Assembly: GCA_951406725.2 (NCBI GenBank) | Contig: OX597817.1 | Location: forward strand, 95,914,001 to 95,978,000 | DNA length: 64,000 nucleotides | Origin: Octopus vulgaris | Taxonomy: Eukaryota | Direction: 5' to 3' | Shown: in pieces, positions 51,340-64,000 of the stretch | Position numbering within the stretch: the first letter of the stretch is position 1 | Layout: every line of letters begins with the position of its first letter | Notes under the pieces: model-generated | What the model was told of the DNA's origin: nothing | What the model saw: the letters and a program-made list of their open reading frames with translations, nothing else | Databases searched by the model: none | Translations under genes and position numbers: made by a program

Positions 51340-52900
51340 ATAAACTTAGATATGTTTCGACCAATGATTGGTCCAGGCCATGTCTAACTTAATAGCACCA
51401 CCTGATAGGATTATTTGAATCCTGTTTAAGTCAAGTTTTGTTTATGGTTCATTCAAGTAGTGAGTTTTTGTTGGTGGCTTATCTGGTATTCCTTGAAGGA
51501 ATCTATCCAGACTCCGTTTAAAGTTGATGGGATCCTGTTCCTCTTTGATCTCTTTCGGGACAATGTTAAATAGGGCAGGGCCTGTTGAGGAAAAGAAATT
51601 ATGTTGTAGTGTACATGTATGCTGTGATCTTGAATTGGGCAGGGGACGTATGGCCCGTGGTCCCAGTCTTGGATGAACCTTGAAGCTAATGTTCAGGTCG
51701 TTTGGGCAAAGTTGGCGGTATATTCTCCACATCGTACAAATGATGTACCGCTCACGGCGACGCTGGAAAGTGTAGAGTTTCAAGGCTTTAAGGCGATCCC
51801 AATAATCGAGAGCAGCCATGCCTTCAATTCGTTTAGTGAGTGCTCTCTGAGGTGATTCAATCTTCGAGATGTTTTGTCTTGTATGGGGAGACCACAGTGG
51901 GCAGCAGTATTCGAGGTGTGGCCGTACAAAGGAGGAGAAAAGTGGTATGATGACACCTTGTTCTCTGGACTGGAAAGTTCTTAAGATCCAGGAACTCATC
52001 CTACGAGCTATATCGACCTTCTTGTTGATGTGTGCACTCCAACTGAGATCGTCATCAACAATTACACCCAGGTCTCTGATATTGTTAGAGGCTGTGAGCG
52101 GTTCCCCTGAAGGAAGAGAGTATGGCTGTTTTAGTGAGGAATTTCTTCCAAAATGCATCAGCTCAAAGATCGTTTTATTCTGTCTCGTTGGTTCGAGCAC
52201 TAGCTGAGTCAGGAAGTATCCATCCATTAGATTAAAGAGCAGTTCTGCTGCTGCTCTATCTGATGTAGAGCATTTGCCTAACTTCAGAGTATTTGTGGGC
52301 CAGTTCACATGAGGGAGGTTAAAATCACCCATCACTAGTATGTTTCCAGAGTTGTACTTCCGAAGGAAGTACTTGACTTTACTAAGGCACTCTTCAAAGC
52401 ACTTTAGAGGCGCTTGGGGAGGCCTGTAAAGACCAACAATGATTATGTCCTTGGCCTTGCTGAATAGTGATACAGATTCACAATAGCCATTGGAAAATAT
52501 GTCCTTGGCATCAAGTGAAAAGGAGTCATGGATAAAGATGGCTGTCCCTCCCTTATTTCGGTCTATGCGATCCGCACGAACAATGGTGAAATCTTTTATT
52601 TTCACCTCGGCGTCCATATGGGTGTTGTTCAGGTGAGTCTCGGTAAGGATAAAGAAAGGGAAGCAATGTGCCGTTTCGGCAAGCCAACTCTCTATATATG
52701 GGATCTTCCATTTTTGGGCAATAATTGATGGGTTGATGCCACGTACATTTAACAGGAATATCGAGGTAAGGGGAGTTTGATGTTTGCCTTGTTCTAAGTT
52801 GTGTTTTATGTTGTTCAGTGGTAACAATGTGGGTAGTTCTTGTATGGAGCTGTGTGTGTATGATTTTCTTGTTGGTAGTGGGTGTGTGGTCCTTATCAGA
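51340..52900 (-). mobile_element. CR1/L2-group LINE with internal deletion (APE fused in frame to the RT C-terminus)
   Basis: ORF 51442-52962: LNVRG, LTETHL, YRPP, GDFNLP, PTR, then directly IRDLGVIVD, VRPHLEYCCPLWSP; no RT core or YADD. Confidence 0.9.
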
Positions 52901-53547
52901 CAAATTTTATTCGTGCAAACCCGAAGATTTGTTATCATTAGATATATTAAGAAGAAAAACAAAGTAAATCATGTAGAAAATAAATGCAGTAATGAAAAAG
53001 AAAAGAATTTGTTCCTTATCCGTTAGATAAAGATGCACCATTCATGTAAACTGACATTTCAGAACCAAATAACAGAATTTAGAACTGATTGATTCTGAGT
53101 AAGATCATTGTATTTAAAGTCATGACCCCCATGAGAAATATTGAAATATATCAGAAAAATATTCTGCAGAATCTAAGATGATTTTCTCGGTTCATTGAAA
53201 ATTTGGTAAAAAATTTGATAACAGGAGAAAAAATTTCAGAAAGACATACTTATTACATTGAGAAAGTAAAAAAGCTGCAAGTAAACAATATGGTCGTTTA
53301 ATTTATGAAGCACAGACCCCAATTAATACGATATTTTATATGCCCTATTTTTAAAAGATAAAGGAATGCGAAGTATCTCTTACTTTTCACTATAGTTTTC
53401 AACTGGAACTTGATATAGGTCAACGAATTCCAGTAAAATTGATACAGCAAAATCATCATGTCGATTGACATCAAACCGGATATACATGAACTCGATTCTT
53501 GCGTGAGAACTTTGTCTGCATAACATCATGTGTATACATTTATATTT
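52900..53547 (-). promoter_or_regulatory. Paralog of the 33820-34455 block, upstream of the receptor-like pseudogene
   Basis: Shared core AGATAAAGGAATGCGAAGTATCTCTTAC..TAGTTTTCAACTG.AACTTGATATAGGTCA.CGAATTCCAGTAAAATT. Confidence 0.45.
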
Positions 53548-54237
53548 ATTTAAATAGGCCTGTAATGATGCGTATGGGAATAATTGGGAAACTATGCAGA
53601 TATATGCATATGTTTATACAGACATATATTTAGAAAAACAAACTTATACACACATTCGCGTACACACACAAATTCACACATGCGCATACATATAGATGCA
53701 TGCACATATGCATACACACATATATGTATGAACACGCACGCTCGCGAAAACGTATGTATGCATTTGTACAAGACTGTGTGAGAACACACGAGAATAAGTA
53801 AATAATAATTCCCACACGACCACATTTACGCATATACGAGGTTATTAAGGCTCAAAAGCACATGTACTTAAGACTTCTTTCATACATACAGATACTTCTT
53901 TATCGATATATATTCTACTATACATTTTCAAAACGCTTCGTATTTATGAGGATCGTGAAATTTAGTCCTAAATCTCAGGCACGTATGATTAAAGCAAAAG
54001 ACACACAGACAGATACACACACACTTACATATATGATCAAATAAAACTTGAAGTCCGACTGAAAGGTTGTAATTCATTCAGTTGACTTCGGGTGCAAAAT
54101 GTCGAGACTGTTTGAAGCTGCTCTGGTATTGGGACTTCAGTTAATGGTAAGAGAAATTTTAATGTCTTACTACTTCATTTCAGAGAAAACATAAAATTAG
54201 AGCGAATTTGCTATCTTCGAAGTTTAGATGCATTTCC

Positions 54238-54301
<64 letters not shown>

Positions 54302-54343
54302 CATACATACATACATACATACATACATACATACATACATACA

Positions 54344-54379
<36 letters not shown>

Positions 54380-54649
54380 TAATTAGTAATAAGATATTTT
54401 AGTGATTATGTATCTAAGATAAAATTGCCAAAACTCAACAATTTTAAGTTTATATATGAAATAGTATGCACACAATAAGGTTTTACATTAAGGATAAATA
54501 ATTTGTTTATAATTGTGTGCTGAGGTGACAAACGTCGATTATAAACAGGTATTGCTAACCTACGCTTGTTTATGTCTATACATATACACATGCATACATA
54601 TGTATGTATATACGCATGCATATATGTATACATATATAAATGTATGTTG

Positions 54650-54708
<59 letters not shown>

Positions 54709-54900
54709 ATTACTGTCATTGATGTTGTTCGTGTTTTTGTTATGCTCTGCGCTACGTTCCAACATTTTTCTGTCTCAATAAAGAGAAAGATGATTATCTA
54801 AAGTTGTCACAATAGATCGTTGACTTAGGTGAGTTGCAACACGATACAGATATGTATATATAGGTACGAGTGTGTGTGTTTCTGCATATATATATGTATG

Positions 54901-55018
<118 letters not shown>

Positions 55019-55899
55019 TATCCAGTAGAAGCAACAGAGTGACTCTGTTGATTCTGCTAAATATTAATAAAGATATATTTTGAGTCTTATTTTTCCTGTT
55101 TGCATAACAATACCTATATACATACACACATACACATATAAATACATATACGCATGCATATAAGTATGTATTTATGTACATACATACAGACATACAAACA
55201 CGCACATATACATGTGTATGTCATTATGCATACATATATGTGTGTGTGTATATATATACGTGCATATATATACACATATATAAGTATATACAAGGAGGAA
55301 CACACGCACACACATATCACACGCACACACACACACCTCTACATTTTATGGATTTATTTTCTCAGTTCATTATTTAATGTATTCCGTTCATATCCATATA
55401 CCTTATATTCTAATTGTAATGAAAGTAAATATATCTCCAAAAATTAAGAAATCAAAATAGCACAGTGAAAACAGTCTGGGGCTGGAGTCTCTTTGTGCAA
55501 GTTCTGCTTGCAACATATTGTTAAGTAGCTTTTTGAAAGTATTAGTCATCAAAATCTCTATAATTTTACATACATATTTTGAGAGGTGTCTTGAAGGGAA
55601 AGATTTTTTGCCGCGTTTATTCATATTGATACCTAATTACTATAAGATAGGATATTTGTATTGATGCATCAGGTATGTGAGTTGTTAAGTTTTATCTATC
55701 TATCCTTATATATAACGCATCAAACTGTTTAGTATATCAAATGTTCACTTCTATACAAGCGAGTACCTCTAGTCTTCTTCTTTAGGTTATATATCCAGAA
55801 TTATTTTTTAAATACATTTACATTGGTATACATTTAATTCATAAAGTGACGCACTGCATATTTGTGTAATTTGTATACATTTTATAGAAATATACTGTT

Positions 55900-56720
55900 T
55901 TAGTTTCAGTGTGAAAATTGAACAAAGCGGTTATACAACGAATTTTATTTTTCTATGGCCAGAATACAGTCGATCAGACTAGTTTCGATTCTTGTTATAT
56001 AGAATAAACACCTATTTTCTGTAAACGAACAGAAAAGTACCTTTCGAAATCTACCCAGCGCACAAACTGTCCACTGCTATGCTTTCACGACTGCAAGGCT
56101 ATGCACGAGTTACTTTAATCTTCAGCCTAATATTAGCTACGTTAAGATAGGTAGCTATGAGGAAATTTGGACAACCTCCCATGACAACGGTATCAGTCGC
56201 ATAATAAAAGTGTATGATGTATTCTGTGAAAATCTTCATCACCTGACTGTCACTGAAATTTCGGAAGAAGTAGGTTTGGTAAAAGTTCTTACAAAAATAT
56301 TTTAAAAGAAAAAATTACAATGCGTTTTGTTACTGCATAATTTGTGCTACGTCTGCTGACAGGTGGACAAAAAGGGTTCTGTATCACAGTCAATCAGCAA
56401 CCGTTCGATCGTTCGAATGCTAATGAAAAGTTTCCGAGAAGTGCCATAACAGATGACGAAACGTGGGTATACGGCTATGATTCCGAGGTAAACAGGCAGT
56501 TGTCCGCAAAGTGTTGGTTCATCGTCGGTGCGATCGAAAGAATCTCATCAGAGTCATGCTGATCGTACTTTTTTAATGGAAAAAGTTACCCTTTATGAGT
56601 TTGTCTCATATGGTCAGATGATGAAGAAAGAGTTTTAATCGAGAGAAAAAGGTATACGTTCCAAAAATTGGAAAAACTTTGTGAGTGGTGTATCAACAGT
56701 GAATAGAAATATTTTGGAGT
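55900..56720 (+). mobile_element. Degenerate mariner transposase
   Basis: LRLLT..QK (WVPRLLT-like) and ITDDETWVYGYDSEVNRQ. Confidence 0.8.
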
Positions 56721-56939
56721 ACACAATTCTAATTAAATTATAAGTAAAATAACAAATTTGAATTTTTAAAGTTCTACTTCATCTTTGGAACAAATATCAT
56801 ATTGCTTCTAATTAATTTTCTACCAACAAAAAGGTAACACCTATGATGTTGGTACTTTTATTTCCCACAGCGAAGTTTAAATTATAAATGTTTAATAAAA
56901 ATTATATTCTTTACATTTATAGTTTCTTACGCACACACA

Positions 56940-57006
<67 letters not shown>

Positions 57007-57049
57007 GTACATGCATATATGCAAACATACATATATATTTACACAGCTA

Positions 57050-58460
57050 TATATTACAGGCTTCCGTGAGTTTTTAGCTCATCACCACTCTCTACTCTTC
57101 ACCGAAATGTTGAGAACCAGAAGTGAACATTTAAGATAAATTTTCCCCTTCTCCGATATTCATGGACTTGTATCTAATGTAGATCCCATTCATCACCTTT
57201 CATATGCTGACCGCACACTCTATTACTCTCTGAGACACAAATCTCGTAAGCCTTATCTCTAAACCAAGTCAGTTGTCCAAGCTACACTTTCTATTCTAAT
57301 TTCACTTCAACAGGAGTGTCTGCCCTTGTGTAGAGTCGACTCCCCTTGTCACTCATGTCTCTTACCTTGATATCACTAATAATGTCTTCCAATTACTCTG
57401 AATCAAAATTTCTTTTCTTCATTCCCCCAAATACATCTCGTCCATTCAACCTCATCGTTCTCAGTGGCGTCAATATTCACAATTCCTCGTGATTTTCTCT
57501 CATATTCCGCACCGATGTCACTCAAACAGAATTTTTAGCACTCTTTAATTTTCTTTATGAAGACATCCCTGAAAACTCTTGACTTTAACTAATGTTTTTC
57601 AACTATAATTGCTTTTGTACCGATCGGATCATCCGTTCACTACTTTATTGCAATTACTCAACGCACATTACCATACTGAAAAAAACTCCCTATACTCCGT
57701 ACCCTATGGTCCTTCAAGTCAGCCGACTAGTCGGAGCTCCACCAGTTTTATTTCATCTCCTGTGTAGCATATATGCAATCAGAAAGTGCCAGGCAGGTAA
57801 ATGAAATACTTCTTTTAGGCATGTCTTCAATGCACCAGGTCCCCCGAGTGGTTCACTGATAGAATTGCTGAAACTGTTCATGCAAGAGCAAAGCCTACAA
57901 AGACTGGTAAATGTTATTACCACCACCACCGCCACCACCACCACCACCACCACCACCACCACCCCTACCAAAACTAGATAGCATATATTCAGCAACGTAA
58001 CACCTACAACGTCACTTTCCTAACCACGGAAGCTGATATCGTGCATCGTACACTTACCTTCCAAACTGTAGTCGTTCCTTGCCAAAAGGATTTCCACCAA
58101 CTTTGCAGAATTATTTTTCTCTCCTCTTCACAAAAATGATTGTTCTGTGATCAGCAGACTGCAGAGGCAATATACATGCTGACCGCTTTACCACCAAACT
58201 CCACACAACACACGGTTGGCACATTTCTAGTCCTATACCCTTCCACTCTTCCATGTACACTCTTTCAGGTTTACCACCATGCACATACACACCCCCAGGG
58301 CGAAAGTATCCTTCACTCACTTGAAACCAACTAGGCCACTGGTTCTGACAGTGTCTGTGCCCCATCATTACTCACTATACACAGCAAACTTTTCAATCTT
58401 TTCCTCTCGTTCTCTCTGCAGGGATCTAACCTGATTTTTGGAAACGCTGTATTGTGGCTT
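57050..58460 (-). mobile_element. Possible degenerate RTE-like LINE fragments
   Basis: Weak endonuclease/RT-like remnants and purine-skewed composition on the minus strand. Confidence 0.35.
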
Positions 58461-58793
58461 TATTCTCAAGAAATCAATTTCTCAGACCATGCCAAGTGAC
58501 CCTTTTGTACTCACTACTACTGTTTCTCAGATAATGGAGACAACCACCCAACACCTTAAAGGTCTCTCTCTCTCTCTCTATCTCTCTCTCCTTCCTTTAC
58601 CTGCCTTCTCCATTTTTCTCTCTGCCCTTCCTCTCTCTCTCCCATTAGTAGCAATCAGGCAATCTGTACGCTTTCTGTATAGAAGACCTATGGATTCCAT
58701 CTACCTCTTATCACTTAGATCAGGCCGCATTATCACCGCGTGTTTTGCTTGTTCTACCAAACATGTATATAAATGATGTATAAGTACACACAA

Positions 58794-58886
<93 letters not shown>

Positions 58887-59949
58887 CGATGGTATTCCGC
58901 GCAGTTTTCGCCTACCAAATTCACTCACTGGTCATTGTTCGGTGTACGGCCTTCCTCGGAGTGTGTGACTGAATCAGACGTTTTGTTTTTATGAAACGAA
59001 CTTCTTAATCACCTCTAATGTATGTATGTATATACATAATTACATATACCGAGAAAGAGTCTAGAACATGCTACGTTTCACTCTGGGAGTCAGAAACAAA
59101 ATCACAGCTATCAACATACATGAATTTGTGTATTAGTGATGAGGACAGTTTTGTTTTGGCAGTAAGCATATTTTATAATCAACATACTGCCAGTTGCTCG
59201 ACATCTGTTGTAGCTACTATGTAATCAACCCTCAAAAGCCATCACTAAAAGTCGTAGCAAAGTACTTATGGTCACCTAAATATATCACCTTCTAAGAAAG
59301 TGGTACACACGAAGTTGTAGCTCTAAACTGTACATTAAATCGATCCCTTTCGTTTTTCTCTGATTAATTAATCATGTATATATGACTGTAAATGTGTGTG
59401 TGTATTATATATATATATATATTATTTATTATGCATGTATATTATATTATATATATTATATATAATTAATATCTATATATTATATATATAACCATATATA
59501 TTATTGCTATACATATATGTATATACTTGCATACAAACATAAATATATACATGCCTATATAAATGCATGCATATATACTTGCATACATACATATGCATGT
59601 GCACGCGCTAGTGACTCTATGATTAAGCAAAAATGAGCTAAGGGAAATGGCTAAGTAGCTAATGGCATGAATTTGAACAGCGCACTGAACAAAACTATAT
59701 TAATTAGTATACAAGACCAATTCGCGTATTAAATATGTTTTTATTTCTAAAGAAAGTAAAGCAATAGTGCGTTGGCAATTGGAACAAAAGTCCATCTCGA
59801 ATATCAAGAATTCTGTAGAAGTGATATGCAATTTAAGATACCACTGTTTAATTATCTGGAGAAGAGATAGTCGTGGATACATATTTCTGAAATTGTCACA
59901 ACAATTATCTTATCTTAAGACTAGGAGGCAAAGGAGTAAGACATATATA

Positions 59950-60345
59950 GGCGTAGGAGTGGCTGTGTAATAAGAAGCTTGCTTCGCAACCACATAGTTC
60001 TGGGTTCAGTCGCATTGCGTGGCACCTTGGGCAGGTGTCTTCTACTATAGCCACGGGCCGACTAAAGCCTTGTGAGTGGATTTGGTAGACGGAAACTGAA
60101 AGAAGCCCGTCGTATATATGTATGTGCGTGTGTATGTGTGTGTGTATGTATGCATGTATTTGTGTGTCTGTTCCCCCACCATCGCTTGAGAACCGATGTT
60201 GGTATGTTTACGTCCCAGTAACTTACTGATTCGGCAAAAGAGATCAATAAAATAAGAACTAAGCTTACAAAGAGTCCTGAGGCCGATTTGTTCGACTAAA
60301 GGCGGTGCTCTAGCATGGCCGCAGTCAAATGACTGAAACAAGTAA
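59950..60345 (+). mobile_element. CORE-type tRNA SINE
   Basis: Homologous to 3386-3815 and 29941-30323. Confidence 0.88.
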
Positions 60346-60374
60346 AAAAATATACAAAACATTAGGGGACATGT

Positions 60375-60435
<61 letters not shown>

Positions 60436-60743
60436 TGTGTCTGTGTGAGTGTATTGCAAAGATCAAATGGACCGGGACTTCAAACTTCGTCATTCGGTTG
60501 CCGAACCAGTGAAGAAGGCCCTGTCTGCTGGTATCCTTATCGTGGAAGTAGAGTTTCATTAAAAGAATAGGGTTAATACATTAGGTTTTACAATTTGCAA
60601 ACGAAACTTTTATTTCATTTGAGATAGTAAATTAAATAGACGGTTAAAGGTCTAACGACAGATTAAGCGTGCAAGTCATTTGACATGTAGGTCTAAAGGA
60701 TGAATAAGGCGAGAATGAATGAATAAATGAATGAATGAATGAA

Positions 60744-61515
<772 letters not shown>

Positions 61516-61539
61516 TAATAATAATGATGATGATGATAA

Positions 61540-62317
61540 TAACGAATGCCAAGAAATTTTATAGGAAAATTGGCAAAAGTAAGATAGAAGTAAAGGCGCC
61601 ACCTAAGGCTGGGGAAATGGAAGAGGTCTGGAAGAATATATGGAGCAACAAAAAAGAATATAATGCTGGCGCTGACTGGATAGATCGTGAGAAAGTGAAA
61701 CGGGATGAAGTTAAGGAGTAGAAATGGGAGGAAATAGGAATAGAAGAGCTGTGTTCTTAAGAAATCCCACAATGGAAAATCCCAGAACTGGACCAGATTC
61801 CTAACTTCTGGCTGAATTGTTTGACATCTTTAACTGATGTCAACCAGAATACAGAGCAAATATCTGTCTGGCGAACTGAAGGAACAACATACCTTCAAAT
61901 AAAAACTGAAGACACAAACAATCCCAAGAGCTACCGACCAATAACATATCTCAACACCACCTACAAAATCCTCACATCCATATTAATTCAAAGAATATAC
62001 ATTTTCCTTAAACAGACCTCTATATTTCCAAAAGCTCAAAAATGTTGTAAAAAAATCCTTATGGGTGCAAAGATCAATTACTCATAAAGAATATGATTGT
62101 AGAGAATTGTCGTAGGGAAAGGAAGAACCTGAGTATGGCATGGATAGACTACGGGAAAGCATTTGACAGTGTCCCACATAATTGGTTACTGAAGGCCCTT
62201 GAGATATATAAGATCTCTCCTGTCGTCGCCAAATTATTACAGGGTAGCAAGGCTAAGTGGAACACAAGTCTCCTTCTAAACCATAGTAATGGGTTGAGCC
62301 TATCTAACAGTATCAAC
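61540..62317 (+). mobile_element. R4/Dong-type RT N-terminal fragment
   Basis: NAKKFYRKI, PNFWL, SYRPITYLNTTYKILT, LSMAWIDYGKAFDSVPHNW. Confidence 0.88.
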
Positions 62318-62319
62318 AC

Positions 62320-62928
62320 TACCTACCTGAGATTGAAACCAAATCTACCCGCTTGTTGCTTGTCAAAACAAGCCGGAAATCCTCTACACACCAGATGATT
62401 GATGGGAAACACTTAACCCCTAAGGAGCTGTGCTGGTCAAGGAAAGGTCAGTCCTTTGTGTAGAGTTTGACCTACATTACTGTTCACAGTCTATGTAACT
62501 TTTTGTGCCAGTCAGACCAAGGAGCAATACCCTCTTTTGCAACAGCCATGACCAAGAGCAGCACTTTCCTTCGCCCTTCGTTCAGTATACGAAGAGAATC
62601 TTTTGGCCGCAAAAAAGACTATGCCACCTTTATCCTTTCTTCCTTTCTAATCAGCACCGTGCATTCCTTACAAACCTCCAAGAATTCCTTTCAACACACA
62701 GCTATGATGTTCCCCCACTACTTCTGCTCATGATTAGAGATGCACATATAGTCAGCCACTAAGCTCAACTGGTTAAGGTCAAACAACTGACAAGCAAATC
62801 TGTGGTATTGAGCAGAATATTTGCTGTAGCCCATCTTTTATACCAAGACAAAACAATGTACATGATAACACTTCCAATCAGTTAAAATCAGAAGCCATGA
62901 GAGCCACTGTCTGGCACTGCATCAGGGC
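62320..62928 (-). mobile_element. Variant of the ~540-bp element: shared 5' ~250 nt, different downstream ~350 nt
   Basis: 62670-62928 is the reverse complement of the element's 5' part; 62320-62670 is unrelated to the other copies. Confidence 0.75.
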
Positions 62929-62950
62929 TATTATTATTATTATTATTATT

Positions 62951-63075
62951 ATCGAACTCAGAATCTTGAAATTAGTAGCCCGAGCTCTTAACCACTACGC
63001 CATATACCCGTGGGCGTAGTGGTTAAGAGCGTGGGCTACTAACTCCAAGATTCCGAGTTCGATTCCAAGCAGTGA

Positions 63076-63132
<57 letters not shown>

Positions 63133-63300
63133 CAACAACAACAACAACAACAACATCGAAAACTATCTTAAGAATGAGAACCCAGGTTCGAAATTTCCCA
63201 AGACACATGATGAAGGCTGGAGGGTATATCAACCGAAACGTTGTGTTAACAACAAACAAGATGAGGACAAATATCCGTCAAATGTAAATAATATAAATAA
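62951..63300 (+). mobile_element. tRNA-headed, hammerhead-containing short element with inverted head duplication
   Basis: A box GGCGTAGTGGTTAAG, B box GAGTTCGATTCC, (AAT)n(AAC)n, hammerhead motif at 63202-63247; inverted head copy at 62951-63001. Confidence 0.75.
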
Positions 63301-63479
63301 TGTATACTTTTGAAATCTCTTGCAGTTAAACCGATGAATCCGCCCCCCCCCCCAAGAAAGACTGTGAGTGTGAGTGAGTGTTTCAAAGGGATGTAGAGTA
63401 GAATTTGTGGTAGGAGCGTGGGATATGGTTGAAATAATGGATTAGTATGAATGGAAACACAATAACATATTTCTTTATT

Positions 63480-64000
63480 GAAGTATTTTCTAAGTAGATT
63501 ACGCCAGTTTCTATTATTGTAGTTGCAGTTATTTGCGTTATTTTCAGGTTTTGCTTCCTTTTTTGCATGGTTAGAATTTGCTAATATTTGTGAGAAGTTG
63601 GTGGTGGTAGAATAGAACACCTTTATGAAGTTTCTATTTAGTAATTTGTGATATTTGTATTTAGATGGAAACGGATTTTGTAAGAGGTGGAAGAAAGTTT
63701 TTGATACAGAGATTTTTATTTGCTGGTTGTTTGGGAGGATTGCACCATATTTTATTCCCTGTTCTGTTTCCGTGTTTCGGTTGGAGTTTTATGATTTCTT
63801 TGTAGTATTTGATTTCTTCTGTGTATCTACTTTTCGAAGTTTCATTGCAGTGGTGTACATGTTCTTCAAAGATTATTCTGTTAGACGGCTGTCAAGAAAT
63901 TCTGAGGGATATGACGTGGACAAAGTTATTTTCTTCTGTTGATTGAAAAATTTGTAAATGTATTAAATCTTTCCGTGGATTTTCTGATTGTTTCATCTGT
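63480..64000 (-). mobile_element. Penelope-like (Neptune-type) linker region, degenerate
   Basis: KIWCNPP, KNFL, NRNFIKVFYSTTTNFSQILANSNHAK; same region type as 14083-14500. Confidence 0.7.

Noticed and set aside
63012-63079. tRNA gene (ACT anticodon-like loop)
   Set aside because: No proper acceptor stem and embedded in a repeat; treated as a SINE head

Overview
Eukaryotic, AT-rich, repeat-saturated DNA. The SINE families and microsatellite load point to an octopus (inference). No intact host protein-coding gene is visible. Most of the window is transposon debris: several R4/Dong-type (RLE) non-LTR retrotransposon families embedded in (AAT)n, two to three Tx1/L1-clade LINEs (one nearly full length), an internally deleted CR1-like LINE, seven to eight Penelope-like (GIY-YIG) fragments, a Gypsy integrase, mariner relics and at least three tRNA-derived SINE families. 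Structure not captured by the ORF track: (1) eight hammerhead-ribozyme motifs from five sequence families, one inside a tRNA-headed element with an inverted head duplication; (2) a decayed Cys-loop (nAChR-like/chemotactile-receptor-like) pseudogene at about 48.7-50.6 kb whose upstream and downstream flanks recur as paralogous blocks; (3) a Gypsy integrase whose two halves lie 28.4 kb apart and join in frame at a shared TGC; (4) a spacer-less ~2.5-kb palindrome centred at about 42120; (5) a SINE whose 3' tail matches the local Tx1 LINE; (6) a ~540-bp non-coding (AAT)n-targeting element. All calls were made by eye and boundaries are approximate.
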